In this document: in pieces, positions 1 through 12,402 of the stretch
Numbering within the stretch: the stretch's first letter is position 1
Layout: every line of letters starts with the position of its first letter
Assembly (NCBI RefSeq): GCF_009914755.1
Contig: NC_060942.1
Direction: 5' to 3' (one strand)
DNA from: the human T2T-CHM13v2.0 reference genome, Homo sapiens
DNA: 64,000 bases
Position numbers and translations under genes: made by a program
The notes under the pieces: model-generated
The model's input: the letters and a program-made list of their open reading frames with translations, nothing else
What the model was told of the DNA's origin: nothing
The model's database searches: none

Positions 1-359
1 AAGTCATGGGGAAAATGCTGAGTTCTGAGTAGATCACAAGATAAATGTGGTTGCCAAATGTTATCATTTTTGATTACTGATAGGTGACTGTCCAGAGCTC
101 ACAGTTTTTATGGGAAAAATAATGCTTAAAGTGACCTCATTGTGTCAATGCTCACTGTGTTATTGCAAAATCATTTCAGAATACAAAGATGGTCTTTACT
201 GTCAAGCCTGGATGTAAATTGTTCAGATCTCTGATCAAAGAAGGTACGTATTAAATTTCACTTAACTTTGGGCACTCACTGGATCTTTACCAAAAGATGT
301 TCCACTTCTCTGAGTTTATTCATCTATTTTTGGTAACAAGATTTTATAGCAAAGCTGCT

Positions 360-1073
360 TGATACAGTTTAAATCTGGGTCCCCCCCTCAAATCTCATGT
401 CAAATTGTAATCTCCAGTGTTGGTGGTGGGGCCTGGTGGGAGGTGAGTGGATCATGGGGGCAGTTTCTCCTGAATGGTTTACCACCACGCGCCTTGGTCT
501 TGTCATCAAGATAATGCATTACCAGAGATCTAGTGTTTAAAAGTGTGTAGCTGGGGCCAGGTATGGTGGCTCACGCCTGTAATCCCAGCACTTTGGGAGG
601 CCAAGGCGGACGGATCACTTGAGGCCAGAAGTTCGAGACCAGCTATGGCCTACACGGCAAAACCCCGTCTCTACTAAAAATACAAAAATTAGCTGGGCAT
701 GGTGGCGCACACCTGTAATCCCAGCTACTTGGGAGGCTGAGCCATGAGAAATGCTTGAACCTGGGAGGCGAAGGTTGCAGCGAACCGAGATCACATCACT
801 GCACTCCAGCCTGGGGGACAGAGTGAGACTCTGTTTTAAAAAAAGTGTGTAGCACCTCCCCCGTCTCTCTCTTGGTCCTGCTTCTGTCACATAAGACACC
901 TGCTCCCACTTTGCCTCCCACCATGAGTAAAAGTTTCCTGAGGCCTCTCCAGAGGCAGATGTTGCCATGCTTCCTGTACAGCTGTGGAACCATGAGCCAA
1001 TTCAACCTCTTTTCTTCATAAATTACCCAGTCTCAGGTATTTCTTCATAACAGTGAGAAAACTGACTAATACA
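360..1073 (+). mobile_element. MaLR solo LTR (MSTA/MSTB-like), interrupted by an Alu
   Basis: Starts TGATACAGTTT...CAAATCTCATG and ends with the typical ...AAATTACCCAGTCTCAGGTATTTCTT...GACTAATACA terminus. Confidence 0.85.
552..840 (+). mobile_element. AluS with very short A-tail, inserted in the MST LTR
   Basis: Full dimeric Alu; TSD AAAAGTGTGTAGC at 539-551 and 841-853. Confidence 0.95.
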
Positions 1074-1769
1074 CTGCTTCTATTTGTTTCAGTGGAGGGT
1101 GAAAGTGGGGTTCTAGGGTTTCTAAAATTCTTCCACCACATTAAAATAGAAAATGAGCCTTAACAAATCAGATCCCATGGGGGCAGAAAACAATCTATAA
1201 TGTAAGCCGGGAGAGGCCATGCCACGTCACTAGTGTCAGGAAATGTCATATAATTAGCACAGCCAGGGCATTTGTCAACCAAGGATCTAAAAGGATTTTT
1301 CAAATTGTGAAAATCTCAAAACAGTCCTAAGAGTTACTGTGTTATTACCTCTATAATACCTTTGCAATGAAATCTATTTAGGTCAGTATATGAAATTCTA
1401 TGAGTCATTTATATATAAAGGCAATTTCTCTTTCACTCTATTCTCTTCCAGGATGAGTTAGAACAGCAGGATATAATGAATAACTATCAATAAATTGAAC
1501 TTCATTTAATTAATTCGACATTATCATTTAATATTAATAAACATAAAGGTATTATTGCTGAATTTATCAACAGCCACCACTTGGAAGGTGTGAAAATACC
1601 CAGCCAATAACAAAAGCATTACAGATTTTCTTTATGTAAAATGCATTATGTTTTTCTCATTCATTTTTTATAAAGTGAACATTTATAAAGTATTTTGATT
1701 TTTGCATGTTCTTATAACATTGTACATGCATTTCTTACAGAAAAAATATTGGACTCCAAATCACAATAA

Positions 1770-2530
1770 AAATAACTTTTCAATGCTATTATCCACTGGC
1801 CAGATTGGTAAAAATTAAGAAGCCTGGTGACACTAAGTGTTGGCAAGGATTTAGGACACTGGGGATGCTTCTTTACCACTTGTGTGAGTCTAAACTGGCA
1901 ATACCACGTAGCAAAACAGCTGCTCATGATCTTGTAAAGCTGGCACTTTGCATAGCCTGGCCTCTTGCACGTATTTATCATGAAACAGGCATAAAGACAT
2001 ATGTGGCAGCCCAGTTGATAATAGAAAAAAAAAGCCAGGAAATCTTCCAACAAACCAAATACACAAAAATGAGGGAATAAATGGATGAACAAATTGTGGA
2101 ATAGTCATAAACTGTAATTAGTACAACACTGAAAATATGATCAGTGTGCATCAGTATGCATAGATCTTCAAAACAATATTAAATGAAAAAAAGCAAGTGG
2201 CAGAAGAATATAAACATTTTGCTGCCATTTTCATAAAATTTGAAAGCAAGCAAAATCCAAAAAAAAGAACGACTTTAGGAATAATGCATGTAATGGTAAA
2301 ACGACACAGAAAAGTGAAAGAAAGACAACAAAGTAAATTTCAAGAGAAACATTCATCATGGAGGACAGGAGGGCGCTGAGATTAGGAAGCAGAGAGCACA
2401 TGGGGTATTTCAATGTTGCTGATGATGTTCTATCTGCAGATGGATGGTGTGGTTAGGGTATTTGTTGAGTTGTTATGTCTTCTATCATAAGTAGACATGG
2501 AAGTTTAATATATTTTTTAAACACATCACC
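1770..2530 (+). mobile_element. Old L1M (L1ME-like) ORF2 end/3'UTR fragment
   Basis: Degenerate L1 motifs such as AAGTGTTGGCAAGGAT, AAACTGG and AATAAATGGATGAACAAATTGTGG; boundaries approximate. Confidence 0.6.
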
Positions 2531-2750
2531 TTAAACTTAAATATTACCTTTAAGGATGTATAGTTTATAGCTAAAAAGCGATATTCACTTCCCCCAAATT
2601 AAAAGTTCTAGATCCCAGTTTTTATACAGTCATTAATAGTTTTGTGACCTTGGACATGTTACTTAATCTCTCTGGGGATATTCTTTTTCCAATCTGAAAA
2701 TACAGATTCTTTGATAGGAAATCCCTTAGGTCTTTTCTGGTAAATAGTCT

Positions 2751-2753
2751 TGT

Positions 2754-2802
<49 letters not shown>

Positions 2803-2806
2803 TGTG
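2751..2806. repeat. (TG)n microsatellite
   Basis: Direct reading. Confidence 0.95.
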
Positions 2807-2829
2807 ATTCAAATGTTTTCTTTTGATTG

Positions 2830-4851
2830 TTTTTTCTTTTCCCACAGTTTTATTGAGGTATAATTCACCAGTAAAACCTGTATACATTTATGTGAGAGTG
2901 AGGGTCTGAGCTGCTGGTCCTCCACTTGATGTAGGGGAGGCTGATGGCAACCGTTGTGGTATGGCCAAGCCTGGATTCCTGGGACCAGCACTTGCCAAGG
3001 CTGAGGGACTGGGGTGAATGTAATCCCTGTGATCAGCTGCCATTAGGAATTTAAACCTACTCTCAGAAGTGTACAGCAGAACTAAAGAAGAGAAACAACC
3101 AAGAGTCATCTGAAATTGTGATTGGCTCATTAATAATCCAAGGTCAATGACAGAGATCATTGCTCAAGCATGTTTTCCTATGGCTCCTATGAAGACGATT
3201 GCTCTGCAGGCTTAGGCTGAGTATGTTGTGGAATGGACTGTGAAGGACCGGTGTGGCTTCCTTACAATAGCGACTTTGTCTCCTACTTCATGGCTCCTAA
3301 CATGTGCCCTGTTGTCCTGGAAACTGGCCAAGATGATTGAGGCTAGGGAAAAGGTGCAAAAGAAGAAACAAAATGTCAAGAAAATATTGCTGAAGCTAAT
3401 GATTCAAAAAGGACAAACGGAATGAGAAGGCTCTGTAACAAGAGACAAACCATTTGGAAAATTCTGCAGTTTTGAAAGGACCCACTAAGATCTCTTCTTT
3501 GGATTTCATGATACTGTGGTGTCATTTAATACACAAAGTCTCGCCATATGGGAAAATTATATTGGTTCTGACCTTAGTACTGCAGTAACTTTTAGACTTG
3601 GGTATAAACACTTGTTGGTGTTTGTTGGAAGTTATTGTAAATTAGCATTTATTATCCTACAAAGATTTTATAACTGACTTAGTCATTTCCCATTTTGCAT
3701 CTTATGTACTGAAATGAAAATATCCTGCAGATAAAAATGACTTCAGTCAATAAACTCTATTCAAATAATGGTTTAAAACGGGATCCTCTTCTGGACAAAG
3801 GTAATTAAGAATGTAATAGTCAAAACCATCCTCTTTGAGGTGAAAAATATGCTTTGGCTTAAAAGACACCATATGTTAATCACATCTTTTATCATTATTG
3901 CTTATTTTTCGGAATAGAATCATTCTGGCTTTCTCAAGGCAACTCATATTATTAATGAGTACTTCTATTTTCTGTACTTTTTCTGATTTTCACCTTTGAG
4001 ATTACTGGTAATGATCAAGACATTCTGAATTTTTAACCTAGTTTTACAAAGAGTTCTCTTATTAGATTGGCTATGTAGAATCCCACCTGCTGGATATAAC
4101 AATTTTTGTATTGATGAACACTGCCATTTTCTTCGAGATAACTTGTTGAGAACAGTGCCACTTGCAGTAAAGATGTCAGGCACACTGCAATGTTTTAGAA
4201 CCAGTTTATTTTTGTGCTAAACAGAAATGTGAAATAGTTTAAATGTCTTATCAAATAATTTGCTGATTGTATAGATACAACTTCCGTTTTTTTATTCCAG
4301 TCTTTGTTTTAACTCATGTGGTGGTGTCTTATACTTTTTGATCAACTAGATTCAACGTGAAAGTTAAAATCTCAAATTTCTTTTAGAAAACACTTAAAGG
4401 GCAATAGTCAAGTCATACTTTATAAGTGGTGAGGAAAAGCTTAAACTTTGCAAGAATTTTGTTGGGCATGGTAGTAATTGGCTAAAATGGGTAAATTATG
4501 TTGAAATGAGAATGTGCAATTATTAGAAGTAAGGAGCTGAAGGATATTTCCTTCAGTTAAGTAGTGTAACTGAAACGTTTTACTATTAAACATAGGTTTT
4601 ATAAATGCATCATCCAGTTATTTTATTCACTGGCAGTATCTGATACTTGTTAATGTTTTCCCCACCTCTGATATTAAATTTTAAATTACAAAAAAAACTG
4701 TCCAATAGCTCTAATTTTAAAAGGAAACTAGATATGGAAATAAATTTTTTTATTTAAAAATTATATATATTTACAGTGCACAAGTTGATGTTTTGATATA
4801 TGTGTCCACTGTAAAATGATACAGTCAAGCTAACACATCCATCACCTCACA

Positions 4852-4889
<38 letters not shown>

Positions 4890-5045
4890 TGAGAATATTT
4901 AAGATCTACTTTCTTAAAGTATACATTATTATTAACTATAGTCACAATGCTGTACAATAGATCTCCAGAATTTATTCATCCTGTCTAACTGAATCTTTGC
5001 ACTCTTAATCAACACCTCCCTATTGCACTCCCCTCTCTATGCCCC
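2830..5045 (-). mobile_element. L1MA-type 3' end, split into ~2830-2890 and ~4760-5045 by the SMIM15 retrocopy; contains (TG)n at ~4854-4888
   Basis: TTTATTGAGGTATAATT...TATACATTTA resumes as TTTACAGTGCACAAG...CATCCATCACCTCACATAGT...ATTATTAACTATAGTCAC...AGATCTCCAGAA. Confidence 0.7.
2891..4758 (+). pseudogene. SMIM15P: Processed pseudogene of SMIM15 (5'UTR, decayed CDS ~3195-3417, long AT-rich 3'UTR)
   Basis: Reads [23 protein letters not shown]...[21 protein letters not shown], matching recalled SMIM15 [24 protein letters not shown]...[21 protein letters not shown]. Start ATG>ACG (3195), TGG>TAG (3213), later frameshifts; AATAAA at ~4739; degenerate TSD AAAACCTGTATACATTTA / AAAAATTATATATATTTA. 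Confidence 0.85.
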
Positions 5046-7199
5046 TCACCAGCTCTAAGGAATATTCTTATAATTCTATAAAGATCTAAGCCTTCTTCCA
5101 TAGACAAAGTCCAGTCTAGTTGAATTCAGTTCTCCCAAACAGGCCCTCGAGAAGTTACTTAAGTGTACAATCAGTTCATATAGGTCTTTTTAAAAAAAAC
5201 ACTAAGTTATTTAACTATACCACAACATTAATTTCCTTTCCTTTCCTGAGTTCTGCCACCCTAGGATATAAAATTTTCAGCAGCCACATAAAGTGGAGGG
5301 CCCCTCTGGGGATTCAGCAGAGCCAGCTGGAGATTTTTTTCCCCATACAGTTCAAGCCGAGATTTGACTTTAAAATCAAAGTGGCACGTGGTATTACACA
5401 GTCAAAATAATATGGGACTGAATACTAGAAGCCTATTCCTAATCATGGCCTCACATTAAGGAGTTAGTTGGATAACTGGGGCTAAGTCATTTAATTTCTG
5501 TGAGTCTCAATTTATTCATCTGTAATAAGGTGCCAGAAAGGGACTAATGCTCTTTGGGAACATTTTCTCTTCCAGCTTACTATAATTCTACCTAATTTAA
5601 GTTTACTGTTGAGGGCTGTTTGACATAATGATCAACTATTTTAAAAAGTGTTCAATTATCTCGTAGAAATCAGTTACCAAAACCAAACTTCTAAAAACCA
5701 CTTAGCTCTACCAGGAATTTTTGTTTTTTGAAGAAGTTAGAGGGAGTGTGTCCATACACTGATGGATACACATTTAAAAATCCTCTAATTCACTTGTTCA
5801 TCTAATGTTAACATAGTAGGCACTGTTATAGTCAGTGCAGACATAGCTGCCCTCATGGACCTCACACTCTTGCATGAATAAGGAGAACCTATCCTGAAAG
5901 ACTAATGATGGGTTGAGAGCAAAGACATGCTTATCACTTTGACTCATTTACTCTCTAATCTCATCACCAGAACCTTAATGCATTTTATCTGTTAGAGATT
6001 TCAGGGCATAAGACCTATGCAAATATATGTGACTGTCATCTATTTATTCTTCAGTCATTTCCAGAATATGCTAGTATCACAATGTGGATAGGCTCTAAAA
6101 GAGAAAGCTCTGCCAAAAAAAATCAGTGATTCATTGCTGCGTAAGGAATAAAATCAAACTCTTTAGTTTATGTGCCGAAGCTCCTCTGTGGGCTCCTCTG
6201 TGATTCACATCTGGTCACACACCCTACATTCCAGCCATCACAAATTCCTCATGGTAATCCAAATAGCTCAGCCCTTTCAGTTACTCACTTAGCCCTTCAG
6301 CTTGAACCTGGGTATAAACTTCTCCTTCAAAAGCCAACCCAAAAGGTATCCCTTTCCTAAAGACTTCTCCAACCTGTTTTCTATTTTATGAATTAAAACC
6401 TCTTCCTTACACCGAAAATATTGCATCCCTATACAACAGCATTTTTTTTACTGCTTTATATCATAGACTCTCATCTACATACACCTCCCCCGAAAAAATG
6501 CTATTCCCCATCTGAATTCTTGACCATAGCATCTTTGAGCACAATGAAATGTGTTGTAGCGTCCCCTAAGTGTGGCAATGATTGGTTAACTGATTGGTTA
6601 TACAATACAGAGATAACTGATACACTAACTTCTCCTTCCCCTTGCCTTATTTTTTAGGTTCTGCACCTGGTTTTCTGAACTTTTTTCCCTAAACCCTGGT
6701 TCTCCTTGAATCTGCTCAAATTCTAAAAACAGCCTGCACGTTACTCTCTTTCTTCCCCTGTGCTGCAAGGCTGCCAGCACCCAGTTTGTACACTGTGAGT
6801 CTTACATACTTCCTGTTGGTTCTAGCATTACCTTCTTGTGTTCCCAACTCTCAACTCCTCTGGAGGAGGAATGCTTCCTCTGCTGGTCCTGCAAGAGGCT
6901 GGTTCTTCTCAACCAAGTCACAGAGAAATCAGCAGGGTGACAAAATGTTGCAATACATTGTAAGGAGTACCCATGAGATATTGCTGGAACCCAGAGGAGG
7001 TGGTATGTAAATCTCAGGGAAACTGTAGGAATCCTCAAGCTGTCCTTGAACAATGTTTAGAGGTCTGCCATGCAGAAAAGGAAGTAAGGACATCCCAAGG
7101 AAAGGAAATAAGAGCGGGAAGACAGAGAGAGAAACATCATAAAACACCGTGTTATTTAGGAAATGACAAACAAGCATAAAACCTCATGATGTAGAGGAG

Positions 7200-7700
7200 T
7201 ATTAAGAGTTAAGGCTGGAAAATTATACTTGACCAGGTCATGAGAGACTTTAAATGGCACACTACAAACTTGAAACTTCATCTGACAGGTCATGGAGGGC
7301 TAGACATGAAATGATTTAATTTGGGAACTTAGCAAAATTAAACCTTTCAAAATGATTTATATAATGTAACTTCAGAGAATAGTTTGGAGGAGGATAAAAT
7401 TGAACATGGAATGAGAAGTAAGGAGGCTCTTGGATTTGCAGGGAAAAGAGATGATGCAGGTATCACGTACCAGAGAATCCCGAGTTGTGGACAGGAAGCT
7501 TATCTGAGAGAAAGGTAGGCAGTTAGTCAGTAAAATTTGATGTTTTGATACAAGGAAGTAAAAGTGTAGGCTGCCTTTTAAGTTTCTTGCTTGAGCAACT
7601 ATAAGGATGATGTATATGAAACAGAAAATATAGTCACATAAAAATACTGACATCAAATTCTGAGTAATGGAAAGGTATTATGGAAAGATGAAAAGAAAAG
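7200..7700 (+). mobile_element. L2 fragment
   Basis: Purine-rich degenerate L2-like sequence; approximate. Confidence 0.5.
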
Positions 7701-8576
7701 GAAGAGGAGTCAAGAAAGGTAATTCCTAGAATTGCAGAAAACAATATAGAAGGGGGAAGAGAGGGGAAACGGAAATAGAAAGTTAAAATGGTAACAAAGG
7801 AGGCAGCAGCATTCAGCTGTATCTCAATCTCCACACCGATGGAGGGAGGGCACTGATGTAAAATCACCATGATTTAGCTGCATCCATAATTTAACTCTGG
7901 AAAGAGTTTTGGTATATTTGAATGCAATTGCTCCAGATGTTCTACATAACTCTTTAATCACAGTAATAAAACCACTCTGCAAAAATGTAATTCTGGAGAG
8001 ATAAAAGCTGCCCAACTTCTGAATTCTTTCTTTCACTTCCCTCTTCCAACATATGAAAAGTTTAAACTGCAAAACATTCAAAGCCAGGTTAGCATCATGT
8101 CACACATATAGGAGCTGGATGGGACCAGGAAAGAGAGGACAGGCTGTAAATGCACAGAGAGCTGAGGCGGGCTTAGGGACTCAAACCTAAGCAGATGCGC
8201 ACACAGGTGTCACAAATTAGACAAGTAGGTAGTTAAAGGACAATAGACTGCAGGAAAAGTGATGAGAACTATCAGCAAAGAAGCTCAAAACATGCAAGAT
8301 GGTTTTGGTGGTAAGGAGAAAGTTAGAAGCTCAGAGAAACAGTTTCAAAGGTAGGGAAGGTTAGAAAATATCCAGGGAAGCGATCTGGAAAGCAGATAAA
8401 CATGGTCATATTAGGGAGATACTGGTAATGATTTCTTGCTTTAGGCAGTGATCTTTTATGTTTCTTTTTTCTTTTTTTTCTCATGCAAAGAAACAATTCC
8501 AAAGCATGATTGTCTGGGACCAGCAGGCAAAGATGTATAAATATAAGTGCCTGTCTGGAGACAGGAACCTAAAAGC

Positions 8577-8942
8577 CAGTGGTTCTGAAACTTTAGTGCA
8601 CATCTTAATCACCTGAAGGCTTGTTAAAATCCTATTTCTGGGCCCCGACCACCAAAGTTTCTGATTCAGTATTTCCAAACTAGGGCCTGAGAATATACAT
8701 TTCTAACAAATTCCCAGGTGATGCGATGTTGCTGGTCCAGAACCCATACTTTGGGAACCACATTAGTCATCGGTTCTTATCCCTAAATGGACACTAAAAT
8801 CATAGGACATGCTTTATAAACACATTCATGCCTGAGCCCACTCTAGAGATGGATACTGAGGTGGTCTAGAAAGGGTCCTGAGATCTACACTTTTTTAAAG
8901 TTCTCTAGATGATTCAATACATAGCTGAGGTTCAAATTACAG
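8577..8942. mobile_element. MER5A followed by a MER5B-like hAT MITE
   Basis: CAGTGGTTCT...CATTTCTAACAAATTCCCAGGTGATGC...CTTTGGGAACCAC, followed by a second MER5-like unit. Confidence 0.75.
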
Positions 8943-9612
8943 AATTGAACTTCAAATTAATTAACTTCAAATAGAATTGAAGTTAAATGTTGACGGGTAA
9001 GTTCCTTCTTGGATTCAGCAAGACATCTTCCTGAAGGTGAACCAGCTATTCTCTCGACACCTAGGGGTTAATATTTTTCATTGGTGTCTAACAGTGATTA
9101 TGCTTATCAAAAACACATTACTTACAGCTCCTGCTAAGCTAGACTCAAACAAAGTCCTATTTATGCCAATAAAGTATTTGGGTAATATCACTGATGATTT
9201 ATAAATTTTCCTAGAAGGTTTAATTTACCTTGAAGAAACAAAGAAGAAATCTCTAACAATAGAAGGAAGACTATGGTTTTCTCCATCCATGCTGCCAGGA
9301 CTTAGAAGAAAAACAACTTTCCCAAAACAACAATAAAGCAGCCAAGGGGAAAATCCAATAAAGTTTCTGAGGAATGACAGTGCTCCAGGAACAGATGGGT
9401 TGATTAATTTCTGAAATTTTATGAAGAATATTGGCTGACTGAAACATTGACAGAGATTTTTAATGCAACTTTAGAGATAAGAAAAATAATCAATAAAGCC
9501 TCACAACATACTAGCCAAGTGGAACACCTGAATGCAGGCATGATGTTTTTATCTTTTTTGCATTTTTCAGAATTGTTAAATAATTGATCAATTAACAATA
9601 ACTAATGGAATA

Positions 9613-9933
9613 CAGTTGTCCCTCAATATCCATAAGGGAGTAGTTCTAGGACCTCCTGTAGATACCAAAACTCGAGGATGCCCAAGTCTCTGGTATAAAA
9701 TGGTATGGTATTTGCATATAACTTACACTTTAAATAATCTCCAGGCTAATTATAATACCCAATATAATGTAAATGTTATCTAAATAGTTGTTACACTGCG
9801 TTGTTTAGGGAATGATGACAAGGAAAAAAAGTTTGTCCATGTTCAGTACAGATGCAAATTTGTTTTTGAATATTTCCATTTGTGGATGGCTGAATCTATG
9901 GATGCAGAAACCATGGATACAGAAGGCTGACTG
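9613..9933. mobile_element. MER2 (Tigger-family MITE)
   Basis: Termini CAGTTGTCCCTC...GGCTGACTG flanked by TA on both sides; internal GATACCAAAA...GGATGC...TATAAAATGG motif. Confidence 0.85.
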
Positions 9934-9986
9934 TACATTATGCTGGTATAATCTGGGTTTTGTTTACTAATCTTTCTCTTGTATAA

Positions 9987-10281
9987 TAAATATGGTTTAA
10001 AAGATTACATGCAAACCTGGCATTTCTACTTGCTTCTTATAATCTCTGAATTGTCCACTTAATACAGTTGGAGGTTATATTAAGGTAGGGAAATAGGAAT
10101 TAACATATAAAGACAAATAGTAATTAACATATATAGGAATTAACTTATAACATATAGTAAATATGGTTTAAAAGATTTTATGTGAAACTGGCATTTCTAC
10201 TTGCTTCTTATAATCTCTGAATTGTCCACTTAATATAGTTGGAGGTTATGTTAAGGTAGAGAAACAGAATTAACATAGAAA
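9987..10281 (+). repeat. Local direct duplication, two ~124-bp copies (9987-10110 and 10158-10281)
   Basis: Both copies contain CTGGCATTTCTACTTGCTTCTTATAATCTCTGAATTGTCCACTTAATA; offset 171 bp. Confidence 0.95.
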
Positions 10282-10600
10282 AGGCATTTATTCTTTATAC
10301 TAGGGCTAATTTTGTCATCAAAAATGGACTGTCCACATCAGAAAAACCTTAGCGCCTCCACAGAGCTTTGGAAGATTTATGTAACACCTCCCATGGGGCC
10401 CAGTGGTGTCACTTGTATACTTATTATGACATATTGCCAAATTTTGCTTACATACTGGTCCTTCCATGACCCAGGATCAAACATGGTGCATGGCGAATAA
10501 GGAATCAACAAATGTTGTGAAGTACTAGACTGATGTTATCATCTGATGGGTCCTACATTATTTTAACTTTTTGGAAAATTATCTGGCTATGCCACATTTC

Positions 10601-10716
10601 AGAATGGTGTGAACCCGGGAGGTGGAGCTTGCAGTGAGCCGAGATTGCGCCACTGCACTCCAGCCTGGGTGACAGAGCGAGACTCCATCTCAAAAAAAAA
10701 AAAAAAAAAAAAAAAA
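10601..10716 (+). mobile_element. 5'-truncated AluY (end of right arm plus long A-tail)
   Basis: AGAATGGTGTGAACCCGGGAGGTGGAGCTTGCAGTGAGCCGAG carries AluY diagnostics; ~25-nt pure A tail. Confidence 0.9.
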
Positions 10717-11760
10717 GAAATCTCATCTCATATGCCCACAGTTTTCAACTGAAAGCAACTGTTTAAATCTCTCATGCCCCCTCCTAGAGCCTCATCTTGT
10801 ACCCCTAGCCCCACTCCACTATCCCCATTCATTTCTTCATCACTTTTATTAACCACCCTCCCCAAGAGCATATTCCTAGTCCCCCTGAGAAACACAGTTT
10901 ATCTTCAGCTTCATTTGTTACACTTACTCCTTAATGTAGGTTACAAAAACACACTCGAACCTCCTTGACAGGCATCCTAGCATTTTGAAATTTACCTGAT
11001 TCCTAGCCTGCTCATCATCACAGACATAACATTTATAAACTCATTCCACTCCAGTGTTTATTTCATATATTGCTGAAATCTCCATGAAACGCCTCTCTCA
11101 TGGGAAACTTAGTTCAAAGAATATTAGTGTTTTAAAGGAAGCTCAAAATCACATGATGACCCCTGTCAATTGATATATGGGTAAACTGAGACCCTGAGGG
11201 AGGAGCACGTTATATGCTACAAAACACTGTGGCTAGCAATGTCACGTTAGGAAGAGGAGGAACTTTGTGCAAACTGGCTACAATCCACTGAATGCCTCCT
11301 TCCTGCCTTGATGTTCCTTTGACATCGCTGGTCCCCGCCCCAAAGGAGAGACTGACCTGCTGAGGTGAGTCACCTGCTCAGGCCCATCACAGCACCCCGT
11401 GGCCTCTCAGCATCCTGCTGCCCCCCTGGGTTTAATCCTACCCATCCTTCTTTCTCACTAGCCCATGAGTTCCCTGTCATGGGGATTTTGCCATTTCTAT
11501 TAGTGAGTTCCAAGCCCTTTTCAGGAGATGATATATTTGTAGAACTCAGACTTCAAACCAAACCTTTAAATCCAGCTCCTTCAACAAATAATCATTTAAA
11601 ACTTTAAGTTAAAACATGCCTAGTTGTTATTATAAGCAAGAAATTAAGCCATTGAGCTTTGTTATTTCATATTCATTCTTTAGACAAATATTTATTAAGA
11701 AGTTCTATGCTAAACAGGGTGCTGAGAAAGAGAATAATGGGGACAGGTTGAATTCCTTTA

Positions 11761-12402
<642 letters not shown>

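Noticed and set aside
615-1005. Alu- and LTR-derived ORFs here and at 14250, 38243, 43455, 52563, 56971 and 62678
   Set aside because: Standard Alu translations ([16 protein letters not shown]), not genes.
3228-3425. 65-aa ORF as a functional SMIM15 paralogue
   Set aside because: GTG start downstream of an in-frame TAG, lost ATG and frameshifted C-terminus.
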